DNA of 62,808 bases. Source: a virus. The DNA lies in IMG/VR virus record IMGVR_UViG_3300045988_163888, positions 1-62,808 of that record, one strand, 5' to 3'. The notes below the pieces were generated by a model. It ran no database searches and had not been told where the DNA came from. It worked only from the letters and a program-made list of their open reading frames with translations. Position numbers and translations under genes: made by a program. Positions 8,856-17,339 of the stretch are shown piece after piece (positions within the stretch are counted from its first letter, which is position 1; each line of letters starts with the position of its first letter).

Positions 8856-11420
8856 TCAGCCAACGTTGCCAGCTGAGGCAACCACGATTTTTCGGGACGC
8901 GTATTCGCCAAGCAAGAAATAGCCCGTCAAGTCGTAAATATGGTCTTCCTGCGTGGTATCCACATCGTCAGGGTCTCTTTGTGATCGCTGTAAAACAGGG
9001 ACCGTGCGTATAAAATTCCGGCAATGGTCAAACACAAACAAGCCCGCGTCCGCATCGCGCTCGATTGCGCCTGTAAGACGCTCCCTAAGTAGCGTCAACA
9101 TCTGATGCCGAGTTCCCGGCGCTTTGTTGCAAGGTGCAAAAAACACGCCGTATTCCTCAAACTGCTTCGCAACAGTCACTTGCGCCGCTGATGTTGAGGC
9201 AAAAATTGCAGAATCGGCAATACTTTCATCAACGCGATAACCGAGCATAGCCTCCGTTTCCTTGATACGCTCTGCACGGTCTCTTATGCTTGACTTGTCG
9301 CCCTCGTTCGCCTTGCCTGTGGAACCGTAAAGCTCTTGTATTAAAAAAGCGTCACCTGCGATTGTTGGACGTTTTTCACCGTCCGCTGTTATGTAGTCAG
9401 TGCCATCAGATACAGCAAACCAGCCGACCGCCCATGGATGTGAGTTGCCATCGTCGTAACTCTTGACAATGTACCACGATTCCGGAATCTTGAAGCGCGG
9501 CATAACGTGAATTTGTTCGTTCCATAGGTCATCAACCGCCCCGCCCGCCGTGATGTTCCAGTCGCCTTCCAACATTGCTTTAATCAGCCAATCTTGCCCC
9601 AGTCCACGCAGGCGGTTCGCGTACTCTTCCTGATTCAGCGACGGATTATCTGACAGCTTCGCAGGCACAAATTGACGGAGCATGCCGCCTTCCGAGGCAG
9701 ATGTTTTCCATATCGTTTCGGCTGGTTTAGGGTCAATAAACATCGATTTTACCCAGTTATGCCCCGGTCCGCCGGGGTTAGACCCGCACAAAATCTTAGG
9801 GAAAGTTAAGTTCGGAATTAACTTCCTGATAGCCGGGTCAATTGCAACTTGCTTTGACACTCGACAGCGACCGCGCAAAAACCGGTATTGATACTCTGTA
9901 AAGTGCGTCAATTCGTCAATCAACAGCACGCCGATTTCCGCGCCCTGATACTTCATGACATCTTTTTCGTACTGGCAATGGCACAAATGTATAGTGCTCC
10001 CAGATTCAACAAAACGGATTTTTGGCGGGTTTGTTGTAATGCGCACGCTCTTATGTTCCACCGCTTCAGCAAGCAACGCCGGAAAGCCTGTTTCCCCCTC
10101 AAAATGATTTTTCAAAAGGTCATCACTCAACCGCCGGAAAAGGTACACTTGCAAGCCCCGGACGTTGTCGCAGAGCATAATGGCAAAAATTCGCATTAAA
10201 AACGAGTTATGCGTGGGTATACAGCTTTTCCCGGCAAGATAACAGCTGGACGCGGAATCAACTTGGATGCACTTGACAGGCACACTCTTACAACGCTCCG
10301 CAGATACAATCATCCGCCGCCGTGAGTATGCATTCCGTGCCGTTTTTATGCGTTTTTTGTATCTGTCCAATTGAGTTATATCAGCTTGCCACGGGATAAA
10401 GCGCACGCGGTATTTTATGCCGCAATCTTTGCCATTTAGACGCGCTATACCATACGTAAGAGTTGCCTTAATTCCAAGCGAGTTAAGCAAAAAGCATACC
10501 GATACCGCAATGTCTTTGTTTATACTGGTGTACTCACAATGCCCATTCTCGCCAACTGTACCGTCCGAATCCATAAAACCGCGCAAAAGCTCCATACGGT
10601 TTTCAATCGTGGTAAAAAGATACCGTTCCGGCACATGCTTATTGTGTATCAGATTCAGGCGTTTAAGGAGCGGAGTTAAACCGATTATCCCCCACTTATA
10701 TTTCGCTGTCCGTTTGGTAACTTCAAATCCGCAAGCGCGGATGTAAGGGATAACATCGTCATCGCCCGTGGAAAAGCCGCAACCGTCGGAGTTACCATCA
10801 CCAAGCCACAACCCTAGTACATAAGGAGGGATTATCAGTTCCTCCCGCGATTCCGGCATTTCTACTGCCCTGCAAACCGCTACAGAGTGATTCAGCCGTC
10901 CACCCACTCGCAAAGTTGCCGCAATGGTTTCCGTCGTTACGACAGATTCAAACTTGCGGCCTTTGTTACAATACACGCGTTTTGAGTTTGCAACCGCCAA
11001 ATCCGGACGTTTGCCCATGCCACGCAAGGGACGTTTTGCGCGCCGATTTGCGCGATATTCTGGCGTGCTTTTGCGTTCCGCTTCTCTTTGTGCGTCTGTC
11101 TTTGTCACCCACTGATGCAAATCGTCAGCGATGATTTTAGAGCCGTCATCAAAAACGACTTTCCGGCATGGTCTATCCGTCAAAATTGGCGTTTCTGCTA
11201 TGACGTTGCAAGGCTTTCCGTTTTCGTCAAAAACAACATCCCCAACATGTACATCAGCCATTCGCTTAAAGCCGCAAGTGGTCAAAATTGGCGTTTCAAC
11301 CCATAGGGCTTTCCCACCCCCCGCAGCCCCGCCGTACAAAATCTCTGTCGCGTCCGTTTTCAGCACGCAACCTTGCCGCGGATGCAACGCCGGAAGCCCG
11401 ATTTCGTTCACTGCCATCAT
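8856..11420 (-). CDS. terL: terminase large subunit precursor containing an intein with LAGLIDADG homing endonuclease
   Basis: Walker A split as GGAAGGGK / SFLMRI, Walker B LLIDELTHF, C-terminal nuclease-like domain; 371-aa insertion with intein blocks and LGLWLGDGNSDG / LLRGFMDSDG motifs. Confidence 0.85.
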   Translation of the reverse strand: MMAVNEIGLPALHPRQGCVLKTDATEILYGGAAGGGKALWVETPILTTCGFKRMADVHVGDVVFDENGKPCNVIAETPILTDRPCRKVVFDDGSKIIADDLHQWVTKTDAQREAERKSTPEYRANRRAKRPLRGMGKRPDLAVANSKRVYCNKGRKFESVVTTETIAATLRVGGRLNHSVAVCRAVEMPESREELIIPPYVLGLWLGDGNSDGCGFSTGDDDVIPYIRACGFEVTKRTAKYKWGIIGLTPLLKRLNLIHNKHVPERYLFTTIENRMELLRGFMDSDGTVGENGHCEYTSINKDIAVSVCFLLNSLGIKATLTYGIARLNGKDCGIKYRVRFIPWQADITQLDRYKKRIKTARNAYSRRRMIVSAERCKSVPVKCIQVDSASSCYLAGKSCIPTHNSFLMRIFAIMLCDNVRGLQVYLFRRLSDDLLKNHFEGETGFPALLAEAVEHKSVRITTNPPKIRFVESGSTIHLCHCQYEKDVMKYQGAEIGVLLIDELTHFTEYQYRFLRGRCRVSKQVAIDPAIRKLIPNLTFPKILCGSNPGGPGHNWVKSMFIDPKPAETIWKTSASEGGMLRQFVPAKLSDNPSLNQEEYANRLRGLGQDWLIKAMLEGDWNITAGGAVDDLWNEQIHVMPRFKIPESWYIVKSYDDGNSHPWAVGWFAVSDGTDYITADGEKRPTIAGDAFLIQELYGSTGKANEGDKSSIRDRAERIKETEAMLGYRVDESIADSAIFASTSAAQVTVAKQFEEYGVFFAPCNKAPGTRHQMLTLLRERLTGAIERDADAGLFVFDHCRNFIRTVPVLQRSQRDPDDVDTTQEDHIYDLTGYFLLGEYASRKIVVASAGNVG
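10197..11309 (-). other. intein (Ala1, Trp-B12 / Cys-F4 / Thr-G5 = class 3-like) with double LAGLIDADG endonuclease, inserted in TerL P-loop
   Basis: N-terminus ALWVETPILTT-GFKRMADVHVGDVV aligns to block A with Ala in place of Cys1; block B GSKIIADDLHQW; C-terminus SCIPTHN followed by Ser +1. Confidence 0.7.
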
Positions 11421-11483
11421 ATAGCGACTACCTCCCTAGAAAAAGCAATAAGCGTCGTTTTTCAGGCGCTGTATGATGTGTGA

Positions 11484-11903
11484 TTAGTTGTTCTCGATTT
11501 TGAGTGTAAAGCGGTCAACGACAGTTTGCACCGCGCCGGAAAGTTCGGTTTCCGAACGTTCGCTGTATCCGCGTTTCTTGCCAATTGTCTTGAGGAGGAA
11601 AAACACCGCGTCTTTGTCGCCTGCGTTAACCATGTTCAGCAGTTTGCTTTCCGCAAGGTCGATGATAACTTCACGTTGCTCCATAAAGGCACTTTTCGCT
11701 TCGGGGACAAGCTCAAAATACTTTTCAACCGTACGGCGATTAAGCCCCGCCAGCCGTGCGCAGACAGACATAATCCCGTTGCTTTTTTCAGCCGCCGTAA
11801 TCAGTTTTTCGGCGCTGATTTTCATCCTCGTTTTCGCGCGCGTCTCGCCATTTTTTGCATTGTTTGCGCCGCGTCCGGTTGTTTTTGTGCTTTTGTTGCT
11901 CAT
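11484..11903 (-). CDS. terminase small subunit (putative, HTH-containing)
   Basis: 140 aa basic N-terminus plus HTH-like segment immediately upstream of TerL; ATG 11903 with GAGGG RBS. Confidence 0.5.
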   Translation of the reverse strand: MSNKSTKTTGRGANNAKNGETRAKTRMKISAEKLITAAEKSNGIMSVCARLAGLNRRTVEKYFELVPEAKSAFMEQREVIIDLAESKLLNMVNAGDKDAVFFLLKTIGKKRGYSERSETELSGAVQTVVDRFTLKIENN

Positions 11904-12115
11904 CTTGTCCCTCACTTTCAACCCATGTTTTAAGGAGCTTTTTTGTTTGGTATTTTTGTGCTTATTTTCTGATTCCTTGCATTTTGTACCAAAGAGACAT
12001 AGCCCATGCAAACGCCTCCCGAATCAGACTTTTTTACCTCTCTTCCGCGCCTCATGCGTGGGATGTATATGGAGAGATAGCGCTAAAAATACCGCGTGTT
12101 ACAATAGAGGGATTC

Positions 12116-12124
12116 TTGTCAACC
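12116..12124 (-). promoter_or_regulatory. conserved late element copy 4 (TTGTCAACC on plus = GGTTGACAA on coding strand), upstream of terS
   Basis: one of 9 near-identical 13-mers in intergenic DNA of the late region. Confidence 0.5.
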
Positions 12125-12293
12125 TTGAGGGATTTTTTCTCGCGTGTACGCTACGTGCGTGTGGATTTTAATTAAAATATATACAATATAGATTCATGCC
12201 ATATTTTATTCTTTTTCCCTTAATCCCCCCATAGCCCCCCCTTTCCCCGTGGTTATTTCCATTTTGGAAAAACCAGTCGGTTTTCTGTTTTTT

Positions 12294-12314
12294 TACGACT
12301 GGTTACGACTGGTC
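12294..12314. repeat. direct repeat TACGACTGGT x2, with inverted copy AAAACCAGTCGGTTTT at 12270..12285
   Basis: seen directly in sequence; lies in 550-bp noncoding region upstream of terS. Confidence 0.6.
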
Positions 12315-12386
12315 AAAACAGGCACAAAAAAGCCGGACTGCCTAGACGATTTCCCGTCCGTGGCATCCGGCATTTTCAAGCGATTT

Positions 12387-12482
12387 CAATGTCCGCTTTA
12401 TGTCCGCTTTTTTCAGGCTTTTTATTCTCGTTTGAACTCAAAAACCTAAAAAAACAATGTCCGCTTTATGTCCGCTTTTTTT
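12387..12482. repeat. iteron-like repeats: CAATGTCCGCTTTATGTCCGCTTTTTT twice (12387..12413 and 12456..12482), each an internal tandem of ATGTCCGCTTT
   Basis: seen directly in sequence; four copies of an 11-mer in 100 bp, next to AT-rich stretch 12170..12230. Confidence 0.6.
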
Positions 12483-12562
12483 AATTTTTCTTTCTTACAA
12501 AATCGCACCACTTTGAGCCTAAAGATACAGCTTCAAGCGCGATTTTCTTTCTTAATCCTTTC

Positions 12563-12997
12563 TTACACATCCTCCCCGCTTTCGCGCTCTTCAACAATAG
12601 GCAAGACTAGAAGGTTTTCCACTGTTGGTTCGTAATCCCACGCGATAGTTATAGTTTCCTCGAACTGTTTTACATCCGCTCCGACTTTTACGCGGATTTG
12701 GCGCTTAAAACGCTGTTTCCATCGCTGGTCAGTATCAAACCAAGGTTTTTCATCAATCACTGTATAAACATCGTTGGAAGCCTTAAATGTTTCCCCTGTC
12801 TTTGCTCCAATGGGGAAATGTCGCAGGATAGCCCGCGCGACCCGGACGCGAACGGCTTTTTGCGCGTTGCGTTTTTTTGCCTCTATAAGGCGATTTGACG
12901 GGTTTAGCCTTGCTACTTCATGCGCCCTTGCAAGGTTGCGTGCTTGGGCTTCAAGGCGGGCTGGTGTCGCTTTTCTTTCGTACTGTCCAGTTGGCAT
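12563..12997 (-). CDS. hypothetical protein (start at MPTGQYERK)
   Basis: ATG 12997 with GAAAGGA RBS; the N-terminal extension reported in the ORF track lacks an RBS and is hydrophobic junk. Confidence 0.4.
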   Translation of the reverse strand: MPTGQYERKATPARLEAQARNLARAHEVARLNPSNRLIEAKKRNAQKAVRVRVARAILRHFPIGAKTGETFKASNDVYTVIDEKPWFDTDQRWKQRFKRQIRVKVGADVKQFEETITIAWDYEPTVENLLVLPIVEERESGEDV

Positions 12998-13137
12998 ATT
13001 CTTTTCCTTTCTGTGTTTTGTTGTATATATAATATAATATATACCATAAAGCGCAGAAGTCAAGGAGCACCGGAAACTTTTAAAAAGCCGTTTTACGCTC
13101 AAAAATAATTTTTTTTCAATTTTTTTTGTTTTTTCAT

Positions 13138-13165
13138 TTGCAATTTTCTTTTTTGCGTATATATT
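13138..13165 (+). promoter_or_regulatory. sigma-70-like promoter TTGCAA-N16-TATATT for plus-strand island
   Basis: hexamers with 16-bp spacer in AT-rich divergent region, 55 bp upstream of ATG 13221. Confidence 0.45.
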
Positions 13166-13220
13166 AACAACATAGACAGAAAACAACAAACAAATGCCGC
13201 AAGGCAAAAGGAGAAAAAAA

Positions 13221-13391
13221 ATGAACGTCACACTCAAATACGGAGAAATCACCCTCGGAACCATCAACACAAACCGCGGAATGAACGTTATGGAGGCGCT
13301 CGACATCCTCGGAATTAACATGGACGATTACGCCGCCGCAGAAGGCTGGGACGGCTGGGATTTCGGCGAACTCGAAATGGTGTACGAGTGA
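13221..13391 (+). CDS. hypothetical small protein
   Basis: AAAGGAG RBS; first gene of four-gene plus-strand island. Confidence 0.45.
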   Translation: MNVTLKYGEITLGTINTNRGMNVMEALDILGINMDDYAAAEGWDGWDFGELEMVYE

Positions 13392-13406
13392 GAAGGAGAA
13401 GAAAAA

Positions 13407-13673
13407 ATGGATAAGGTAATTTTTGCAGGATTTACAAGCCCCGCCATTGTAGTGGACAGAGCTGCAATAGCGGCTAAAAGAGCAAAAGACCCGCATTTCC
13501 AGAAGATGGAAAAAGCGGAGCATATCATAGAGGATATCGAGGGGAAAATTAAAAAATATGCTTGGGGGTGGGACAAAAAAGCCGGAAGATACAGAGATTA
13601 CAGCAAGAAAGAATATATTGCAACCAAAAAAAAGACAATCAAGGCACTTGCAACGCCGGGAAAAGCGTGGTAA
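13407..13673 (+). CDS. hypothetical protein
   Basis: GAAGGAGAAGAAAAAATG RBS. Confidence 0.45.
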   Translation: MDKVIFAGFTSPAIVVDRAAIAAKRAKDPHFQKMEKAEHIIEDIEGKIKKYAWGWDKKAGRYRDYSKKEYIATKKKTIKALATPGKAW

Positions 13674-13710
13674 ATTGCCTTGATAAAAACGAAAACGAAA
13701 GGTATGAATT

Positions 13711-14055
13711 ATGAGAAGCACCCGCAGATTTGAAACCCGCGAACAGAGCGTATATTGCGGCTTTGAGGGCAAATTTGTGCTCAACCGCACCGCTCGGAAT
13801 CGGATGAAACAGGCACGCCGCGCCGCCTTGAAATGTGGCTGGACGCAGTGCCACTGGAACAACAACCATTTCTATTTTTACAACGAGGCTGGGCAGAAAC
13901 GGGAAATCTGCCTGTACTACAACACTGCCACGGGCAAGCCGATGATTAGTTTTCTGCTCGATGAGGGGCTTTGGGCAGCGCCTGAGTGTCATATTACAGC
14001 GTGGCAACTGGAGCACGCCGTCAAGACGCGCCCTGTCGCGGAAACGGAGGTGTAA
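13711..14055 (+). CDS. hypothetical protein
   Basis: RBS GAAAGG; tandem with neighbouring plus genes. Confidence 0.4.
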   Translation: MRSTRRFETREQSVYCGFEGKFVLNRTARNRMKQARRAALKCGWTQCHWNNNHFYFYNEAGQKREICLYYNTATGKPMISFLLDEGLWAAPECHITAWQLEHAVKTRPVAETEV

Positions 14056-14419
14056 AATGCGCTGCTTAATCATCCGCGACCCGTGGGCGACCGCCGTTGT
14101 AGAGGGTAAAAAGCCCGTTGAGTTCCGCAAAACTGCCACGCGTATACGCGAGCGCGTGGGAATCATCGCGGCGAAAACAGGGACGGTTATAGGCGAGGTC
14201 GACTTAGTCGACTGTATCGACCGTTCGGATTACGATTTAGATTACTGCTTTGGCTGGGTATGCTTGCGCCCTCTAAAATACAAGCAACCTAAGCCCTACA
14301 AGCACCCGAACGGTGCTCAACAGTGGGTAAATGTACCAATAGAGCCGGAACAACCTTACAGCGCGCAAATCAGCGCAAAAGAGGCAAAAAGAGCTGAGAC
14401 ATACGACGATATAGATTGA
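14056..14419 (+). CDS. ASCH-domain-like protein (start at MRCLIIRDPWA)
   Basis: GGAGGTG RBS before ATG 14056; RDPWATAVVEGKKPVEFR beta-barrel-like ASCH pattern. Confidence 0.45.
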
Positions 14420-14484
14420 CGCATAATCCAAACAAAAAAAGCGCCCGCCGGAACTGTTTTTAGTATCCGACGGGCATTTTTATA

Positions 14485-15231
14485 TCATGGCAAATCTTCT
14501 TCCGGCTCAAATTCGCCAATTTTCAAAAAGGCGTTAACAGTTTCACCGTCAACATGGCGTTGCAACACATCAAAACCAAAAAAATCACAAAAAGCATCTG
14601 ATTCCGCCTGAGAGTTAAAAACAATCACCTTAAAAAAATCCGGTGAATTCTTGCCATTCGCTTTATCTTTTTCAACTTTTCGCTTCTCTTTTATCTTCTT
14701 GATTTCCTCAATATCAGCTTTGACTTGCTCATCTTCTTCATCAAATTTTGTGCCTAAAATAGCATCAGCAACGGGACTGTCAAAATTTGCCGCAATATCA
14801 AAAGCATTAAAGCCGACTTCTGCAAAATTGATTCCGTCTTTGAGTAACAAATCGCCAATTTTAGTTAAATCGTAACTTCCTGCCAAATTTTGATTGTTCA
14901 GGATAATATTCAGCTCGCGTTCCTCTTTTTCGTCTACGTCAACCGCGCTAACTGTGATTAAATAGTCGTTTTCGTGTGTTTCCGGATTGTATCTTTCCGC
15001 TTTGTCTAGGTTTCGTAAACGCTGATGCCCACCAACTAAAATTCCCGTCCGTTTATTCCACACCAGAGGCTCTACAAGCCCTTTTTTCTTGAGGATTTTC
15101 CGGAGCGTTTTATCACTCTGTTCGTCCATAAAACGCGGGTTATATGGCGCTTCTTTAATCTGACTTCGTCGTATGTCCATAACCTCAAAACGCTGGTATT
15201 TACAACGCTGGATTTCCTGTTCATTCGCCAT
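14485..15231 (-). CDS. ParB-like N-terminal (nuclease/sulfiredoxin-type) domain protein
   Basis: GGHQRL motif region (VGGHQRLRNL); ATG 15231 with AGGAA RBS overlapping stop of upstream gene. Confidence 0.65.
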   Translation of the reverse strand: MANEQEIQRCKYQRFEVMDIRRSQIKEAPYNPRFMDEQSDKTLRKILKKKGLVEPLVWNKRTGILVGGHQRLRNLDKAERYNPETHENDYLITVSAVDVDEKEERELNIILNNQNLAGSYDLTKIGDLLLKDGINFAEVGFNAFDIAANFDSPVADAILGTKFDEEDEQVKADIEEIKKIKEKRKVEKDKANGKNSPDFFKVIVFNSQAESDAFCDFFGFDVLQRHVDGETVNAFLKIGEFEPEEDLP

Positions 15232-15968
15232 TTTCAATTCCTCCCTGTTGATTATTGTATTCATCCTCAAGTTCCCGTTCGTATTCAGCTTCAGCCATTT
15301 TGCGTGCATTTTCAAACATTTTCCGATGTTCATGCGCCTCAATGTATGGGAAAACCTCTTTAACTCGCGCGTAATCTTCCGGAAAATGTGCTTTCAAAAC
15401 GTCCAAGTTTTCCGGTCGAAGGTCGCCAATACTGCGCTTGCAGTAGCGATATTCCGGAGAAAGCTGTATTTTATGCATTTCAAGATACGATTTCACTTTT
15501 TTCGGGTTCCATTCTGCAAGAGGATATATTTTTTTGCGTATTGTATCAACGCCACCAATTCCCTTTAGCATAGCGTTTCTAGATATGGATTCACAAATCA
15601 TTTCACCAGTAGCAATCCACTCACAGCCAAAAGTCAGCTTCAAATAATCAACAAGATCCTTTGGAGTTATAGCTGGACAATCATTGGTAAAACGGTTTGT
15701 ATCTCTAAACATCCCCCCTAAATACACCAAACCAAGCATAAAATGAGGAACTCTCAATATTTCAATATTGTACCGTTTTTCTAGATAGTGTATATACGTT
15801 TCCTGAAAATTCAATCCTTTAACGACATACATAAAATACGGGTAAACATGTCTAAAGTTTTTACAACACAAATCAAGTGTAGCAATACTATCTTTGCCAA
15901 GCGACACGCCAACAATAACACTTTGCGTCAAGGTGCTTGCGTACCTAACAGCGTCCATTAAAGCCATA
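15221..15968 (-). CDS. phosphoadenosine phosphosulfate reductase-family (DndC-like) protein
   Basis: SLGKDS P-loop (PP-loop ATP pyrophosphatase) motif; TAGGAGG RBS before ATG 15968. Confidence 0.7.
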
Positions 15969-16040
15969 ACAAAACCTCCTAAAAATAGTAAAGCATACCC
16001 ACAAAACAATAGGTATGCTTCACCAACCACGCAAAAACAA

Positions 16041-16361
16041 TCAGCCACCAGCCAGTCCGAGACCGTTCCGAAGCCGTCTGTATGCTTGCTTTCTTGTCGT
16101 TCCGCGTCCTTCGTAATTCTCACCGTCAATAACAACTGCGGCGGTAAATTTTTCTTTTCCGCTCCATTTTGTTCTGACGTATGAGATGTCATTCCGCAGG
16201 ATACGCCTTGGATTACCGTCCCGATCCACAATAACACCGCGTTCATACTTAAAAGAACGGTATCGGCTCTTTTTGGGCACTGTCTCACCGCGAAAAGACG
16301 ATGTTCTACCAAGACCGCTTGGCGGTACACCTCTGGTATTGCTGTTAGTTCTCCTTGCCAT
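16041..16361 (-). CDS. hypothetical basic protein, first gene downstream of late element copy 5
   Basis: AGGAG RBS; Arg-rich 106 aa. Confidence 0.45.
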   Translation of the reverse strand: MARRTNSNTRGVPPSGLGRTSSFRGETVPKKSRYRSFKYERGVIVDRDGNPRRILRNDISYVRTKWSGKEKFTAAVVIDGENYEGRGTTRKQAYRRLRNGLGLAGG

Positions 16362-16432
16362 TACTAGCTCCTATATTGTTATCCCCACGCTCCCCATGAG
16401 TGCGGTTCTACTATAGGGAAACTTGTCAACCG

Positions 16433-16441
16433 CTAGCTATC
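16433..16441 (-). promoter_or_regulatory. conserved late element copy 5 (CTATAGGGAAACTTGTCAACC)
   Basis: immediately downstream of sigma-like regulator gene stop, 72 nt upstream of ATG 16361. Confidence 0.5.
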
Positions 16442-16490
16442 AGCGGCTGTATTCCTGCTTTCACACCCGATTTTTTTTGATTTTTTTATT

Positions 16491-17162
16491 TCATGGAAGA
16501 GTCGGCGATAACCCTTTTAACGTTTTTGAACTCATTTTTCGATACCCCCCCTTAGTTTTCATAGAGTGGAGAAGCCGAATAACTCTAGGTTGTGATATTT
16601 TCATTTTTTCTGCAATCTCTCTTGTCGACAATCCCTTTAATTTCAGCTTGTACACCGCAAATTCACGCGGCGTGAGCTTGAGCAATTTCGAATCTGACGC
16701 TTTTTTCTGCCCAACGCCCAGCTCACGCGCTATATTTTTGTGCTCTGCCTGCTTTGAGCGTCCGGACAAACGCGCAATGTCTGTAATGCTTTTTGCGCCT
16801 GAGAGCTTGAGGGCAAGAGCAATAGCCGCCTCCCTGTTTTCGCTTCCGAACTGGAGCGCCCAAATGATACAGGCGAGGTTGATTTCCGACGGCTCTATTA
16901 CACGCCCGTCGGGGAGCTTAAACGTGCGCTTTTCGGAGGAGATTACAGTCACTTTCCGCGCGTCATCAAATTCGCGATACCCGGCAAATTCGTTGTCTTT
17001 TTTTTCCTGCTCCATTGAGTTTTTCTTCGAAAAATAGCAACTTCGTTTGAATTCGCAAGCGGGGCATTTTTGCGATTGTTCATACTTTCCCCAGCAGTCG
17101 GGGCTGTGGTTTTCATTGGAGACACTGGACAAATCGTTTTTTTTGCACTTTTTTTGCATTTT
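16491..17162 (-). CDS. sigma-70 region-4-like HTH regulator with N-terminal Cys cluster (putative late-gene activator / sigma factor)
   Basis: C-terminal LTPREFAVYKLKLKGLSTREIAEKMKISQPRVIRLL is a sigma-70 region 4 / LuxR-type HTH; CWGKYEQSQKCPACEFKRSC zinc-finger-like N-terminus; GAGGAG RBS before ATG 17162. Confidence 0.6.
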   Translation of the reverse strand, partial: KMQKKCKKNDLSSVSNENHSPDCWGKYEQSQKCPACEFKRSCYFSKKNSMEQEKKDNEFAGYREFDDARKVTVISSEKRTFKLPDGRVIEPSEINLACIIWALQFGSENREAAIALALKLSGAKSITDIARLSGRSKQAEHKNIARELGVGQKKASDSKLLKLTPREFAVYKLKLKGLSTREIAEKMKISQPRVIRLLHSMKTKGGYRKMSSKTLKGLSPTLP

Positions 17163-17284
17163 GTTTCTCCTCAGCGTTTGATTTTTCAAAGACACTTGAT
17201 ATGGTACGCTTTGGAGATTATGCAAAGCCGTTTGGTTTGTTGTTCGGTTCTGTTCGGTTTCCTTTCTTTTTCTTCTCTCCCGCA

Positions 17285-17325
17285 GGGGTTATTCCTTTAC
17301 CCTGCGGGAGCCTCTTTTTTAAATC
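17285..17325 (+). terminator. hairpin CCCGCAGGG-N11-CCCTGCGGG followed by T6 (plus-strand orientation)
   Basis: 9-bp stem then AGCCTCTTTTTT; located between SSB and the regulator gene; would stop antisense (plus) transcripts. Confidence 0.35.
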
Positions 17326-17339
17326 CTCACATTTTTGAG

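Noticed and set aside
11488-12171. 227-aa plus-strand ORF and nested 11526..11933, 11855..12175 ORFs
   Set aside because: Antisense to terS and running into the repeat-rich noncoding region. Hydrophobic junk translation, no RBS.
17285-17325. Terminator for the SSB operon
   Set aside because: The hairpin is followed by a T-run only on the plus strand. On the minus (genic) strand the run precedes the stem, so it cannot terminate the minus-strand early transcript. It is reported only as a plus-strand element.
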